Positions 44,986 through 55,200 of a stretch of 62,360 nucleotides of DNA are shown piece after piece. The stretch spans positions 1-62,360 of the IMG/VR virus record IMGVR_UViG_3300005607_000002. One strand, given 5' to 3'. The notes under the pieces are model-generated. The model did not search any database and was not told the origin of the DNA. It worked only from the letters and a program-made list of their open reading frames with translations. Made by a program: the position numbers and the translations under genes. The number at the start of each line of letters is the position of its first letter. Positions within the stretch are counted from its first letter, which is position 1. The stretch comes from a virus (lineage: Duplodnaviria > Caudoviricetes).

Positions 44986-47900
44986 CCGCCACCCTCCTCA
45001 AGTCCTCCTTCAGCGGCGGCGAGATCGCGCCCAGCGTGTGGGGACGCCTCGATGCCGATCGCGTGCGCATGGGCGCGAGCGTCATGCGCAATTGCTTCGT
45101 CTCCTATCGCGGGCCGGCGTCGAGCCGCGCCGGCACGCTGTTCGTCGGCCAGTCGATGACGCCCGCCTCGCCGTCGTCGCTGCCGCCCGTGCTGGTGCGC
45201 TTCCAGTTCAACATCTTCCAGAGCTACATCCTGGAATTCGGCGCCGGGCCGCGCGGGCCCTACATGCGGGTCATCGCCAACGGCGGCTATGTCACCGAGA
45301 CGCCGTTCGCCGCAACCGGCGCGACGCAGGCCAATCCGTGCCAGATCACCGCGCCGGGCCACAATTTCGTCAACGGCGATTGGGTCTACGGCGCGGGCTT
45401 TGCGGGCATGACCCAGCTCAACGGCCGCATCTTCATTGTTCAGAATGTCGCCGGAAGCACCTTCACCCTCGCCGACACCTTCGGCAACCCCGTCAATTCG
45501 CTCGCCTTCGGCGCCTATGCCGGCGGCGGCAGCTTTGCCCGCATCTACACCAATTACAGCGTTCCCTACGCGCTCGCCGACCTGCCCTATCTCAAGGCGG
45601 TGCAGTCGGCCGACGTGCTGACCCTCACCTGCGTCAACCAGGCGACCGGCGCGGAATATCCGCCCGCGGATCTGTCGCGGCTCGCCGCCACGAACTGGCA
45701 ATATGCGGTCACCAGCTTCGGCGCGGCGATCGCGGCCCCCGCGAGCTGCACGGCGACGCCCAATACCCTGGTCTCGACCATCGACACCACCAACCATAAC
45801 GTCCCGGCCGCGCAATATGCCTATTGCGTGACGGCGGTCGACGCTAACGGCGACGAGAGCGTCGCCTCGCCCGTCGCCTACACGCCGAATTCCTCGTCAA
45901 GCGCGGCTTCGGTCGATATCGGCATCACCGCCGGTTCGATCACCGTCAACTGGTCGCCGGTTTCCGGCGCGGTCAGCTACAACATCTATAAGGCGCCCGC
46001 GGCGATCTGGAACACCGGCACGTCCGGCACCGCGACGCCGGCCAGCGTGCCGGTCGGCTCGGCCTTCGGCTTCGCCGGCTCAGCGGTCGGCACGCAATGG
46101 GTCGATCAGAACGTGGTGGCGGATTTTACCGTGACGCCGCCCTTGCACCGCAATCCGTTTGCGCGCGGGCAGATCCTGTCGGTCGGCGCAATTCCGCAGC
46201 CCGGCGCCTTTTCCCAGTCCACCACCGCGGCGACGATCAACTCGGCCACCGGTTCGAACGGCGTTATCATCCCGGTCGTCGTCAACGGCAATGTCTCGGC
46301 CGGCATCGTCGAGAACGCCGGGCAGGGCTATCAGGCCGGCGACACCGTCACGTTTCACGATTCATCGAGCGGCGCCAATGCGGTCGCCCCGCTCAATATC
46401 GGGCCGCAGAGCGGCACTTATCCCTCGGTGCCGGGCTATTTCCAGTCGCGCCGCATCTATGCGGCGACGCTCAACAATCCCGACACGCTCTATTTCAGCC
46501 AGACCGGCGCCTACACCAATATGGACGCCGCCGATCCGCCGATCGACAGCGACGCCATCGTGATGACGCCGTGGGGCCAGCAGGTCAACACCGTGCAATG
46601 GCTGCTGCCGATGCCCGGCGGCCTCATCACCTGCACCGGCCTCGACGCATGGCAGATCGCGGGCACCTCCGGGGCGGGCTCCCCGCTGACTCCCTCGAGC
46701 GAAAGCGCGCAGCCGCAGGAGTCCAACGGCTTTTCGCCGCTGCTGCCGCCGATCCGCGCGGGCTACGACATCCTGTATGTCCAGGAGCTCGGCTATACGG
46801 TGCGCGACTTCCAGTACAATTTCTTCACCAATGTTTATTCCGGCGCCGACCTGTCGGTGGTCTCAAATCACTTGTTCGAGGGCTTCACGCTCGCCTCCTG
46901 GGCGTGGTCGCGGGTGCCGTGGAAGATCGTGTGGGCGTGCCGCAACGACGGCAAGCTATTGTCGCTGACTTACGACAAGGATCTCCAGCTTGCCGGCTGG
47001 GGGCGGCATGACACCAACGGCCTGTTCGAGCGCGTCGCGATCGCGACCGAGCCGCCGGCCGATGCGCCGTATTTCGTCGTCAAGCGCTACATCCCCGGCG
47101 TCCGGCAATGGGCCTACTACATCGAGCGCATGGACAACCACTTCTGGAACGGGCCGGAAGATCCGTGGTGCATCGATTGCGGGCTTGCGCTGCCGCAGCC
47201 TGCGCCCAACGCTACGCTCTCCGCCGCCGCCGCCGAAGGCCCCGGCAACATCACCGGCGGCTACATCGCCTCCGGCGGCCAGGGCTATACCGACCCGTCC
47301 GGCTATGCGGTCGATCCGACCGGCGAGGGCTCGGGATTCGCGATCACGTTCACGCAGACCGGCGGCGTCATCACCGGCTTCACGATTACGTCTCAGGGTG
47401 CGAATTATTCGCTGGCGAGCTATGTCGTCATCAATGATCCGACCGGCGCCGGCGCGACGTTCGTCCCGCTGGTGTCGCAGAACGTCATCTTTACCGCCGA
47501 TCAGCCGGTATTCGCCGGCAATCACCCGGGCGACGTGATTCGGATCGGCGGCGGCCAGGCCGTGGTGACGAACGTCATTTCGGCGACGCAGGTGCTCGCC
47601 GCGATCACCGTGCCGATCGTTCAGACGGTCCCGAACGATCCGAACAATCTTCCCGTCCCGGCGCCGGCCGGGACCTGGACCATCACGACGCCGGTCTCCG
47701 TCATCACCAATCTCAACCACCTCGAAGGCATGACCGTGACCGGGCTTGCCGACGGCAACGTGATCCCGCCGGCGACCGTAAGCGGCGGGACCATTGCGCT
47801 GCCGCAGCCCGCTTCCAGCGTGAAGATCGGCCTGCCCTTCACGGCCCAGCTTCAGACCTTGCATCTCGAGGAGCAGTCGCAGGGCACGATCCAGGGCCGG

Positions 47901-48233
47901 CGCAAGATCATCAAGGGCGTCACCGTGCGGATGGAAAAGAGCCGCGGCGTGCAGCTCGGCTGCAACCAGCCGGTCGCCGCCGCGCTCGATTTTCAGCAGG
48001 AAATTCCGTGGACCAATCTCGTCGATCTCCCGGAGGTGCCGAACGCCGATATTCCGGCGGCGGCTCTTCCGCTTTTCTCCGGCGACAAGTTCCAGCCGGT
48101 CGATGACGACTGGCAGAACTGGAACGGCTGGGAGGCGTCGCCCGGCATGATCGCCGTGCAGCAGAGCCTGCCGCTGCCGATGAACATCACGGCGCTGGCG
48201 CCGACATTCGAGACCGGCGATACGCCGGGCTGA
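44982..48233 (+). CDS. Tail tubular protein B / nozzle
   Basis: SFSGGEIAPSVWGR, QSADVL, YPSVPGYFQSR, GWGRHDT, IGLPFTA. Confidence 0.85.
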   Translation: MTATLLKSSFSGGEIAPSVWGRLDADRVRMGASVMRNCFVSYRGPASSRAGTLFVGQSMTPASPSSLPPVLVRFQFNIFQSYILEFGAGPRGPYMRVIANGGYVTETPFAATGATQANPCQITAPGHNFVNGDWVYGAGFAGMTQLNGRIFIVQNVAGSTFTLADTFGNPVNSLAFGAYAGGGSFARIYTNYSVPYALADLPYLKAVQSADVLTLTCVNQATGAEYPPADLSRLAATNWQYAVTSFGAAIAAPASCTATPNTLVSTIDTTNHNVPAAQYAYCVTAVDANGDESVASPVAYTPNSSSSAASVDIGITAGSITVNWSPVSGAVSYNIYKAPAAIWNTGTSGTATPASVPVGSAFGFAGSAVGTQWVDQNVVADFTVTPPLHRNPFARGQILSVGAIPQPGAFSQSTTAATINSATGSNGVIIPVVVNGNVSAGIVENAGQGYQAGDTVTFHDSSSGANAVAPLNIGPQSGTYPSVPGYFQSRRIYAATLNNPDTLYFSQTGAYTNMDAADPPIDSDAIVMTPWGQQVNTVQWLLPMPGGLITCTGLDAWQIAGTSGAGSPLTPSSESAQPQESNGFSPLLPPIRAGYDILYVQELGYTVRDFQYNFFTNVYSGADLSVVSNHLFEGFTLASWAWSRVPWKIVWACRNDGKLLSLTYDKDLQLAGWGRHDTNGLFERVAIATEPPADAPYFVVKRYIPGVRQWAYYIERMDNHFWNGPEDPWCIDCGLALPQPAPNATLSAAAAEGPGNITGGYIASGGQGYTDPSGYAVDPTGEGSGFAITFTQTGGVITGFTITSQGANYSLASYVVINDPTGAGATFVPLVSQNVIFTADQPVFAGNHPGDVIRIGGGQAVVTNVISATQVLAAITVPIVQTVPNDPNNLPVPAPAGTWTITTPVSVITNLNHLEGMTVTGLADGNVIPPATVSGGTIALPQPASSVKIGLPFTAQLQTLHLEEQSQGTIQGRRKIIKGVTVRMEKSRGVQLGCNQPVAAALDFQQEIPWTNLVDLPEVPNADIPAAALPLFSGDKFQPVDDDWQNWNGWEASPGMIAVQQSLPLPMNITALAPTFETGDTPG

Positions 48234-48688
48234 TGCGCGCGTACCTCATCCGCGACGCGGAAATCGCTGACGTCTATGCGCTTGCGCGCAACCTGCGCGA
48301 CGGCGACCGCCTGGAATGTGCGGGCTACGGCTTGTCGCCGCGCGAGGGGCTGCGCAGGGCCTATCGTGCGGCCCTCTACCGCCGCGTCGCGGCGATTGGC
48401 GGCGAAGTGGCCGCCATGTGGGGCATTTGCGGGCCGGCGCTCGGCCGCACCGGTTATCCCTGGCTGATGACTGCGCCTGCGGTCGAGCGCGTTCCGGTGT
48501 CGTTTTTTCGCGAGGCGCGGCGGGAGCTTGGCAGGATGCGCCGGATGTATCTCCGGCTCGAAGGCCAGGTGGCGGCCGAATATGTGATGGCCTGCCGGTT
48601 TCTTGAGGTGCTGGGATTTGCTCTGGGTCCGGCGCGGGAATTCGGGCCGTGCAAGGCGAAATTCCGCGCTTTCGTTCTGGAGGATTGA
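48233..48688 (+). CDS. GNAT-fold T7 gp13-like protein
   Basis: NLRDGDRLE, GYPWLM, RFLEVLGF; position after the nozzle gene. Confidence 0.7.
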   Translation: MRAYLIRDAEIADVYALARNLRDGDRLECAGYGLSPREGLRRAYRAALYRRVAAIGGEVAAMWGICGPALGRTGYPWLMTAPAVERVPVSFFREARRELGRMRRMYLRLEGQVAAEYVMACRFLEVLGFALGPAREFGPCKAKFRAFVLED

Positions 48689-49272
48689 TGGTTCACGTGA
48701 TGCTCGACCTCGAAACCTGGGGCGTCATGCCGGGGAGCGCGCTGCGTTCGATCGGCGCGGTCCTGTTCGACCCGCGCGGCGGCTGCGTCTGTTCCCTCGA
48801 GCCGCGCGAATTCTACGCCAATATCGACCGCGCCTCCTGCGAGCTCGCGGGCCTTGCGGTCGATCCGGCGACGGTCCGATGGTGGGAGCGCCAGCCGCAG
48901 GAGGCGCAGGATGCGCTGCTTGCGGATGCAAAACCGCTCCGTGTCGCGGCGATGGAATTTCACGAATGGTGGCGTCTCGCCCGTGCGCGGTATCTGTGGT
49001 CGAACGGCGCGAATTTCGACGAGCCGCTGTGGCGCGCCGCCTGCAGCGCGGTCGGCCTGCGCGTTCCCTGGGCCTACTGGGATGTGCGCGACACCCGCAC
49101 CGCATGGGATCTTGCCGGCGTTGACGCGCGGGCGGTCCGGCGCAGCGGCGTCGTTCACAACGCCCTCGATGACGCGCGGCATCAGGCGCATTGCGTGGCT
49201 CTTGCGTACCGTCGGCTCGGGCTTGCGCGCGGGTCCGAGCCCGCGCCTCCCGTGGCCATGGAGCTGATCTGA
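48688..49272 (+). CDS. DEDDh 3'-5' exonuclease
   Basis: HVMLDLETWG, SIGAV, WSNGANFD, RDTRT, HNALDDARHQA. Confidence 0.88.
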   Translation: MVHVMLDLETWGVMPGSALRSIGAVLFDPRGGCVCSLEPREFYANIDRASCELAGLAVDPATVRWWERQPQEAQDALLADAKPLRVAAMEFHEWWRLARARYLWSNGANFDEPLWRAACSAVGLRVPWAYWDVRDTRTAWDLAGVDARAVRRSGVVHNALDDARHQAHCVALAYRRLGLARGSEPAPPVAMELI

Positions 49273-49274
49273 AC

Positions 49275-49805
49275 ATGGGCCTTCCCGCCGTCCTGCTCGG
49301 CGTCGGCCTTGCCGGGACCGCCGTCAACGCCTACGGCCAATACGAGGCCGGCCAGGCGCAATCCGAGGCGGCCGCCTACCAGGCCCAGGTTGCGGCCAAC
49401 AACGCCGCCATCGCGCGCCAGAACGCCAGCATGGAAAGCGCGGCGGGGGAGGCGCAGACGGTCGCCCAGGGGCTTAAGACTCGCGCTCTGATCGGCAAAG
49501 AGCGCGCCTATGCCGGCGCGTCCGGCGTCGATACGAATGTGGGTTCGACTGCGGCGGTGCGCGCCGGAACCGAGCAGATGGGCATGCTCGATGCGCTGAC
49601 GATCCGCTCCAATGCCGCCAAGCGCGCCTGGGCTTCCGAGGTGCAGGCGACAAGCGAGGAGGCGCAGTCGCAGCTTTATCAATTCGCGAGCTCGCAGGCC
49701 GCCGAGGCCGGCGGCATCGCCGCGGCCGGCTCGCTATTGTCCGGCGCGAGCACCGTGGGCGGCAACTATCTGCGCTGGCAGAATGCCGGCGGCTCAGGAT
49801 TCTGA
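49275..49805 (+). CDS. Internal virion (ejection) protein
   Basis: Gly/Ala-rich, AYQAQVAANNA, GASGVD. Confidence 0.75.
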   Translation: MGLPAVLLGVGLAGTAVNAYGQYEAGQAQSEAAAYQAQVAANNAAIARQNASMESAAGEAQTVAQGLKTRALIGKERAYAGASGVDTNVGSTAAVRAGTEQMGMLDALTIRSNAAKRAWASEVQATSEEAQSQLYQFASSQAAEAGGIAAAGSLLSGASTVGGNYLRWQNAGGSGF

Positions 49806-49823
49806 GGCGTAAGGACCGCAGCC

Positions 49824-52235
49824 GTGCCCGGCTATGCGCTCAACATCGATCCGCTGCCGTCGGTCAGTCCGATCGGCGCCCCGGGCGGCGATTTCGAACG
49901 CATCCAGGCGTCGCCGGAGATGTTCGGCGGCGCGATCGCGCGCGCGCTCGGCCAGCTCGGCCAGGGCGCGGAAGCCGTTGGTAATGCCGGTTTCGATGTG
50001 CTGCGGCAGCGCCAGGAGCGGACCAACGAGATCGGCACTTCCGAGACTAATACCTGGCTCGCCAAGGCGTTCACCGACAGGCTCAACGATTTTCAGCGGC
50101 TGCAGGGGCGCGCCGCGCAGGACGCGCTGCCGAAATACAAGCAGGACATCGAAGACCTCTACCAGCAATCGCTCAAGAGCGCGGGCGACAATCTCGCCAT
50201 GAAGGCGATGCTGGCGAGATCCGGCCGCTATCTGACCGACGCCTATTACCGCTACGGCGCCCAGCATGCCGCTTCGCAGTGGCGGCAATGGCAGGACAAG
50301 ACCGCCGCCGACCGCGCGGCGGAATACGGCAATCAGGCGGCGATCGCCGCGGAGCACGGGACCTGGGACGACGTGGCGGCGTTCCTCCACACGTCCGACG
50401 ACGAAACATCGAAGCGCTTCGAAGCGCAGGGCTGGCAGACCCAGGATATCGCCCCCGAGATCGCCAGGAACCGGGGCCGCAATGTGCGCAATATCGTCGA
50501 AACGCTCGCGGCCCAGGGCGATTTTCGCACTGCCCGGGCGGTCTACGACAGATATCAGGACGGCATGGACGCGGCGTCGCGGCTTGCCGTCGTCTCCAGG
50601 CTGCGCACCGCCAATGCGCAGATCGAAGGCCATCGCATCGCCGATGAGGAGACGGGCCGGGCGCTGCGCGCGGACGCGGCGGAATTTCTCAAGGAGCGCA
50701 CGAAGGCCCGGGTCGAGGGGCTCAATCCGGATTTTGCCGGACGGCTTGCCGAGGCAGGGCGGGACTTCGAGGCGCAGACCGGCGGCAAGGCCGCGTTCGA
50801 GAGCCTCAAGCGCACCACCGAAGAGCAGGCCGAGATCTACGAGCGGCATCTTGCGATGCCCGGCGGCGTCGCGGCCCATCCCGCCGCGCCTCCGGGCCGC
50901 TCGCGCCACGAACGCGGCGAGGCGGCGGACATCCCCGCCGGCCCGTTCCGCGACTGGCTGCACGAGAACGCCGGCCGCTACGGCCTTGAATTTCTCAAGG
51001 GCGAGACCGGCCGCAATGATCCCGGCCATGTGCAGCTCGCGGCCGGGCCGCCCGGCCCGCACGAGGGCGACAAGGGCGCGGTCTTTGACCGCATCGTCGA
51101 GAGGACGAAGGACAATCCGCTGGCGCAGAGCTACGCCGTCGCCCGGATGAACCAGATTTTTGCGGTTGCGCGCGATGAACGCGTGCAGGGCCTTGCGCTG
51201 TTCAACCGCCGCCAGCAGGATACGACGATCGAGGCGCTGGCGACGGGAACGGTGCGCGAGCCGTTGACCGAGGACGATTTCCTCACCCACCGCAAGCCCG
51301 GCGAAAGCGCCGATGATGCGCTTGACCGCTATCAGAGCTATCTCGCCGATCTCCGCAACGGCGCCGACCGCCATGCGATGGACGGCATGTCGGCCGCCGA
51401 TATGCGCGCCATGATCGCCGCGGCCGAACCGCGGCCCGACGTTCCGGGCGGCATGACCCGCGCGGTGGAGCGTCAGGCGTTTCTCATCAAGGCGATGGAG
51501 GAGATCGAAAAGAAGCGCCGCGACGATCCGGCCGGCGCGGTTGCAAAATCGCCGGCTGTGATGATGGCCCTGCAGCAATACGACCCGCAGAAGCCAGAGA
51601 CCTTCCGTTCGGTGGCCGATGCGCGGCTTGCCGCCCAGGCCGAACTCGGCATTCCGCCGGAGGAGCGCTCCGCGATCGCCAAGGACGAGGCGCTCGAGAT
51701 GATCGCCCCGGTGTGGCGGGCGCTGCCCGGACAGCAGCGTGACGCCGTGACTGCGGCGGCTGCGCGCTTCGAGGCGATGTTCGGCCCGGCATGGCCGCAG
51801 GCCTTTGCCTATGCGCTGCGCACCCACGCCGCCGATGCGGCGGTCAAGGAGAGGGCGGCCGCGGTGATCGGCAAATGGCTCAAGGGACAGCCGGCGTCCG
51901 CCGCCGAGGCCCGCGTCGCCGACCAGGAGAACGAGATCGCGGCCGCCGATATGGCGGTGCGCGCGATGACCCCTGAGCAGATCCGCGAGACCGCCGAAGC
52001 GGTAAGGATGGGCGCCGGCCCGTTCGTGCCGGCCGATTTTGCGCAGCCGCCGGCGACGCCGGAAAAAAGCGCCGCAAAAAGCGGGGAAGCAAGGCCCGTG
52101 CCTCCCGCGGCCGATATCATTGCGCTGCGGCGCAACCCCGCGCTCGGGGCTCGCTTCGACGAGAAATACGGCAAGGGCGCGGCCAAGCAGATTCTTGAGC
52201 GCTATCCGCTCGGAGCAGGCGATGGCGGACGATGA
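49824..52235 (+). CDS. Internal virion protein with M15-type peptidoglycan peptidase domain
   Basis: SLKRTTEEQAEIY, AAPPGRSRHERGEAADI, WLHENAGRYGL, DPGHVQ. Confidence 0.75.
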   Translation: MPGYALNIDPLPSVSPIGAPGGDFERIQASPEMFGGAIARALGQLGQGAEAVGNAGFDVLRQRQERTNEIGTSETNTWLAKAFTDRLNDFQRLQGRAAQDALPKYKQDIEDLYQQSLKSAGDNLAMKAMLARSGRYLTDAYYRYGAQHAASQWRQWQDKTAADRAAEYGNQAAIAAEHGTWDDVAAFLHTSDDETSKRFEAQGWQTQDIAPEIARNRGRNVRNIVETLAAQGDFRTARAVYDRYQDGMDAASRLAVVSRLRTANAQIEGHRIADEETGRALRADAAEFLKERTKARVEGLNPDFAGRLAEAGRDFEAQTGGKAAFESLKRTTEEQAEIYERHLAMPGGVAAHPAAPPGRSRHERGEAADIPAGPFRDWLHENAGRYGLEFLKGETGRNDPGHVQLAAGPPGPHEGDKGAVFDRIVERTKDNPLAQSYAVARMNQIFAVARDERVQGLALFNRRQQDTTIEALATGTVREPLTEDDFLTHRKPGESADDALDRYQSYLADLRNGADRHAMDGMSAADMRAMIAAAEPRPDVPGGMTRAVERQAFLIKAMEEIEKKRRDDPAGAVAKSPAVMMALQQYDPQKPETFRSVADARLAAQAELGIPPEERSAIAKDEALEMIAPVWRALPGQQRDAVTAAAARFEAMFGPAWPQAFAYALRTHAADAAVKERAAAVIGKWLKGQPASAAEARVADQENEIAAADMAVRAMTPEQIRETAEAVRMGAGPFVPADFAQPPATPEKSAAKSGEARPVPPAADIIALRRNPALGARFDEKYGKGAAKQILERYPLGAGDGGR

Positions 52236-55200
52236 CGTGCTGACCGCCGATCCGGCGGTGCAGGCCGGGGAAGCCCGCGAGGCCGCAGCCGCGCGGCTCG
52301 CCCGGCCGCTCGGCCTCGGGCATGGCCTCGTCCCCGGCCCCGGCCCCGAACCGCCGGAGGAAGATTATTCCGTCCTGCCGTCCGACCGCGAGGAGACGCA
52401 GGCAGGCGATGTCGATATCGGCGAGCGCTTCAGGCTGGGACGGATCAACTCGTATTATCGCGGCACCATCGCCGGCAGCGGACGCCTCGCCGAGCTGGCG
52501 CGCGTTGCGACCGCGCCGGAAGACCGGCTGACCGATGCCGAACGCAAGCTTCGTCCGGCGTGGAAAAAGGAATATGACGGCATCGTCGCCGACCTCGCCC
52601 GCTATGACCTGATGCAGCCGTGGGGCACGACGCTGGAGGGCGCGGCGGCGCTCGGCGGCGCGCTCGCGGGCGGCATGATGAGCCCCGAGAGCTTCCTTGG
52701 CGCTCCGGCGCGCGGCGCGACCTGGCTTGCCCGCACCGTCACCGCCGCCGTCCAGCAGGGCGGCATCCAGGCTGCGGCCGATCCCGTTGTGCAATGGCTC
52801 AGCCGCGAGGGCGGGACGGAGCAGGAGTACGATCCCTGGCGCACCGCCGAGACGGCGGGCCTGGGCGCCGTCATCGGCGGCGGCCTGCACGGCATTCTGG
52901 GCGAGCTTGTGCCGGCGGCGCGGGTGCGCAAATTGCGCGCGGATCTTGCGGCGGAGGACGAGGCCTTCGCCGGCGACGTCGAACGGCAGGCGGCGGCAGG
53001 ACCGGAGATTCCGCAGCAATTGCCGAGCGACATTGCGGAGGCGCAGGCGGCCGGGACCGCTCCTGCAGCGCCGCAGGCCGCGACGCAAGCGCCTGGGCAA
53101 GCGCCTGGGCAAGCGCCTGCGCCGCCGCAGCCGTCCACGCCCGCGCCTGGGCAAGCGCCCGCGCCGGCCGCTCCGGAAGACGCCTCGGCCTGGACCAAGA
53201 CAGGCGGCCAGAAAGGCTCCAATCCGGGCGGGACCTACAAGGACGCGCGGGGCATCGAATGGTATGTCAAGACGCCGCAGACCGAAGACCATGCCCGCAA
53301 CGAGATGCTGGCGAATGAGCTTTACCGCTATGCCGGCGCCAACGTGCCGGAGATGAAGCTCGTCACTCTTGACGGTAAGCCGGCGGTGGCGAGCCGTATG
53401 CTGCCGAGCGGAATGCAGCAGCTTGCAAAGTTTCCCTCGTCCGGCGCCCACGCGAAATTCGCAATCGACGCTATCAAGAGAGACTTTGCAGCCGATGCCT
53501 GGCTCGCCAATCACGATGTGATCGGCCTCGGCCGCGACAACATTCTCGTCAGCCCAATAGATCCGGACCAAGTCGTGCGCATCGACCAGGGCGGCGCGCT
53601 GCGCTACCGCGCGCAAGGCCAGCCTAAGCAGAATTTCGGGCCGAAGGTCGCCGAGTTCGAGACCATGCGCGATCCCAACATCGCGCCGCAGGCGGCGCAG
53701 ATATTCGGCCCGATGTCGGACCAGGAGCTGCTCTACTCGATCAACCGCGTGCTGCTTGTTCCCGAGCAGGACATCCGCGACGCGGTGGCGAAGTTCGGCC
53801 CCGCCGACCCGGCCGAAGCGCAGAAGCTCGCCGATACGCTGATCGCGCGGCAGGACGACCTGCGCGAGATCCGCAAAGATCTGATGGCGAAGATCGCAGC
53901 GAAGATGCAGTCCGCCGCGGCGGCGGCGCCTGCGGGAGCGCCCCCGGCAACCGCGCCTGCGCCTCCTCCTGCATCTGCGCCTTCGCCCGCTCCCGCGCCT
54001 GCGCCTGCGCCTCCTCCTGCATCTGCGCCTGCTCCCGCGCCTGCGCCGCAACAAAAGGCCACGGACGTCAGCGTCGTCTGGGGCAAGAGCGGCGGCGGAA
54101 AGCCGATCAGCCAGTCCAATCCGGGCGCGCCGCTTGCTCCGCTCGCACATGTTTCCGGCGGCGCGCCCGTCGCCGCCGACGCCGCGCACCTTCCCTCCGG
54201 GGCGCCGCTCAAGAGCGCTTCATGGGCCAAGAAGCCTCCGGCGAACTGGAACAATGCCGGCGGCAAGGACGCCGCGCTCGCCAAGACCGAGCCGGCGCTC
54301 AAGACGCCGCTCGGCAAGAAGCCGGCGTCCGGCGTCATCATCCGCGAGCCGGACGGACGCGTGTGGGTTGTCGCCCCCGCCAACCAGTTCGGCGGCTACG
54401 AGCATACGTTCCCGAAAGGAAAAATCAGCCCCGGCCTTTCTCCGCAGGCGAACGCCATCAAAGAGGCGTTCCAGGAGACCGGCCTCAAGGTCAAGATCAC
54501 CGGCCTCATCGGCGACTTCGAAGGCGACACCAGCATTACACGCTATTATTGGGCCGAGCGCACCGGCGGCAGCCCGGAAGACGCACATTGGGAGACCGAG
54601 GCGGTCAAGCTCGTGCCGGCCGCGCGGCTGTTCGACTATCTCAACATGCCGCGCGACCAGGAGCTCGCCAAGGCCGCGTTCGGCAATGCGCTCAAGCCCG
54701 GCAAGCACGGCGATCCTGCGGCGATCGCCGCTTCCGCCGCAACCGGCGCAGCCGCAGGCGCGAGCGCATCATCTGCAACCGCGGCCGGCCTGCCTGCAGA
54801 CGCCGAAAAATCCGCCAAGGATTGGATCAAAACCAACATGGCGAACGTGCATACGGCCGCGGAGGTAGACGCGATGCCCGCGGACCAGGCGGTCGCCTAC
54901 GCGGAGCACCACGGGTGGAAACCCGCCGGTGCGCCGAGGAAGGGGATTCCTACCGCTCCGGGCAGCCATCCTGCACTGCCGATGGACCAGGCCTCGCGCG
55001 AGGCCCGCGCCAAGCAGACAGGCTTCAAGCTGCCGGGAATGCCGGAGCCGTGGGCGCGGACCTGGTTTCACGGGACGCCGAATATTTTTGAGGCCTTCGA
55101 CCTCGGCCATGTCGGCAGCTTCCATTCGACCAGCAAAGAAAAGGCAGTTTTTCTTTCCGACAGTCCAAAGATCGCCGGGATGTTCGGCGGCGGGGGCCCG

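Noticed and set aside
53930-54050. GCGCCT-rich repeats
   Set aside because: Encode a Pro/Ala linker within the giant protein
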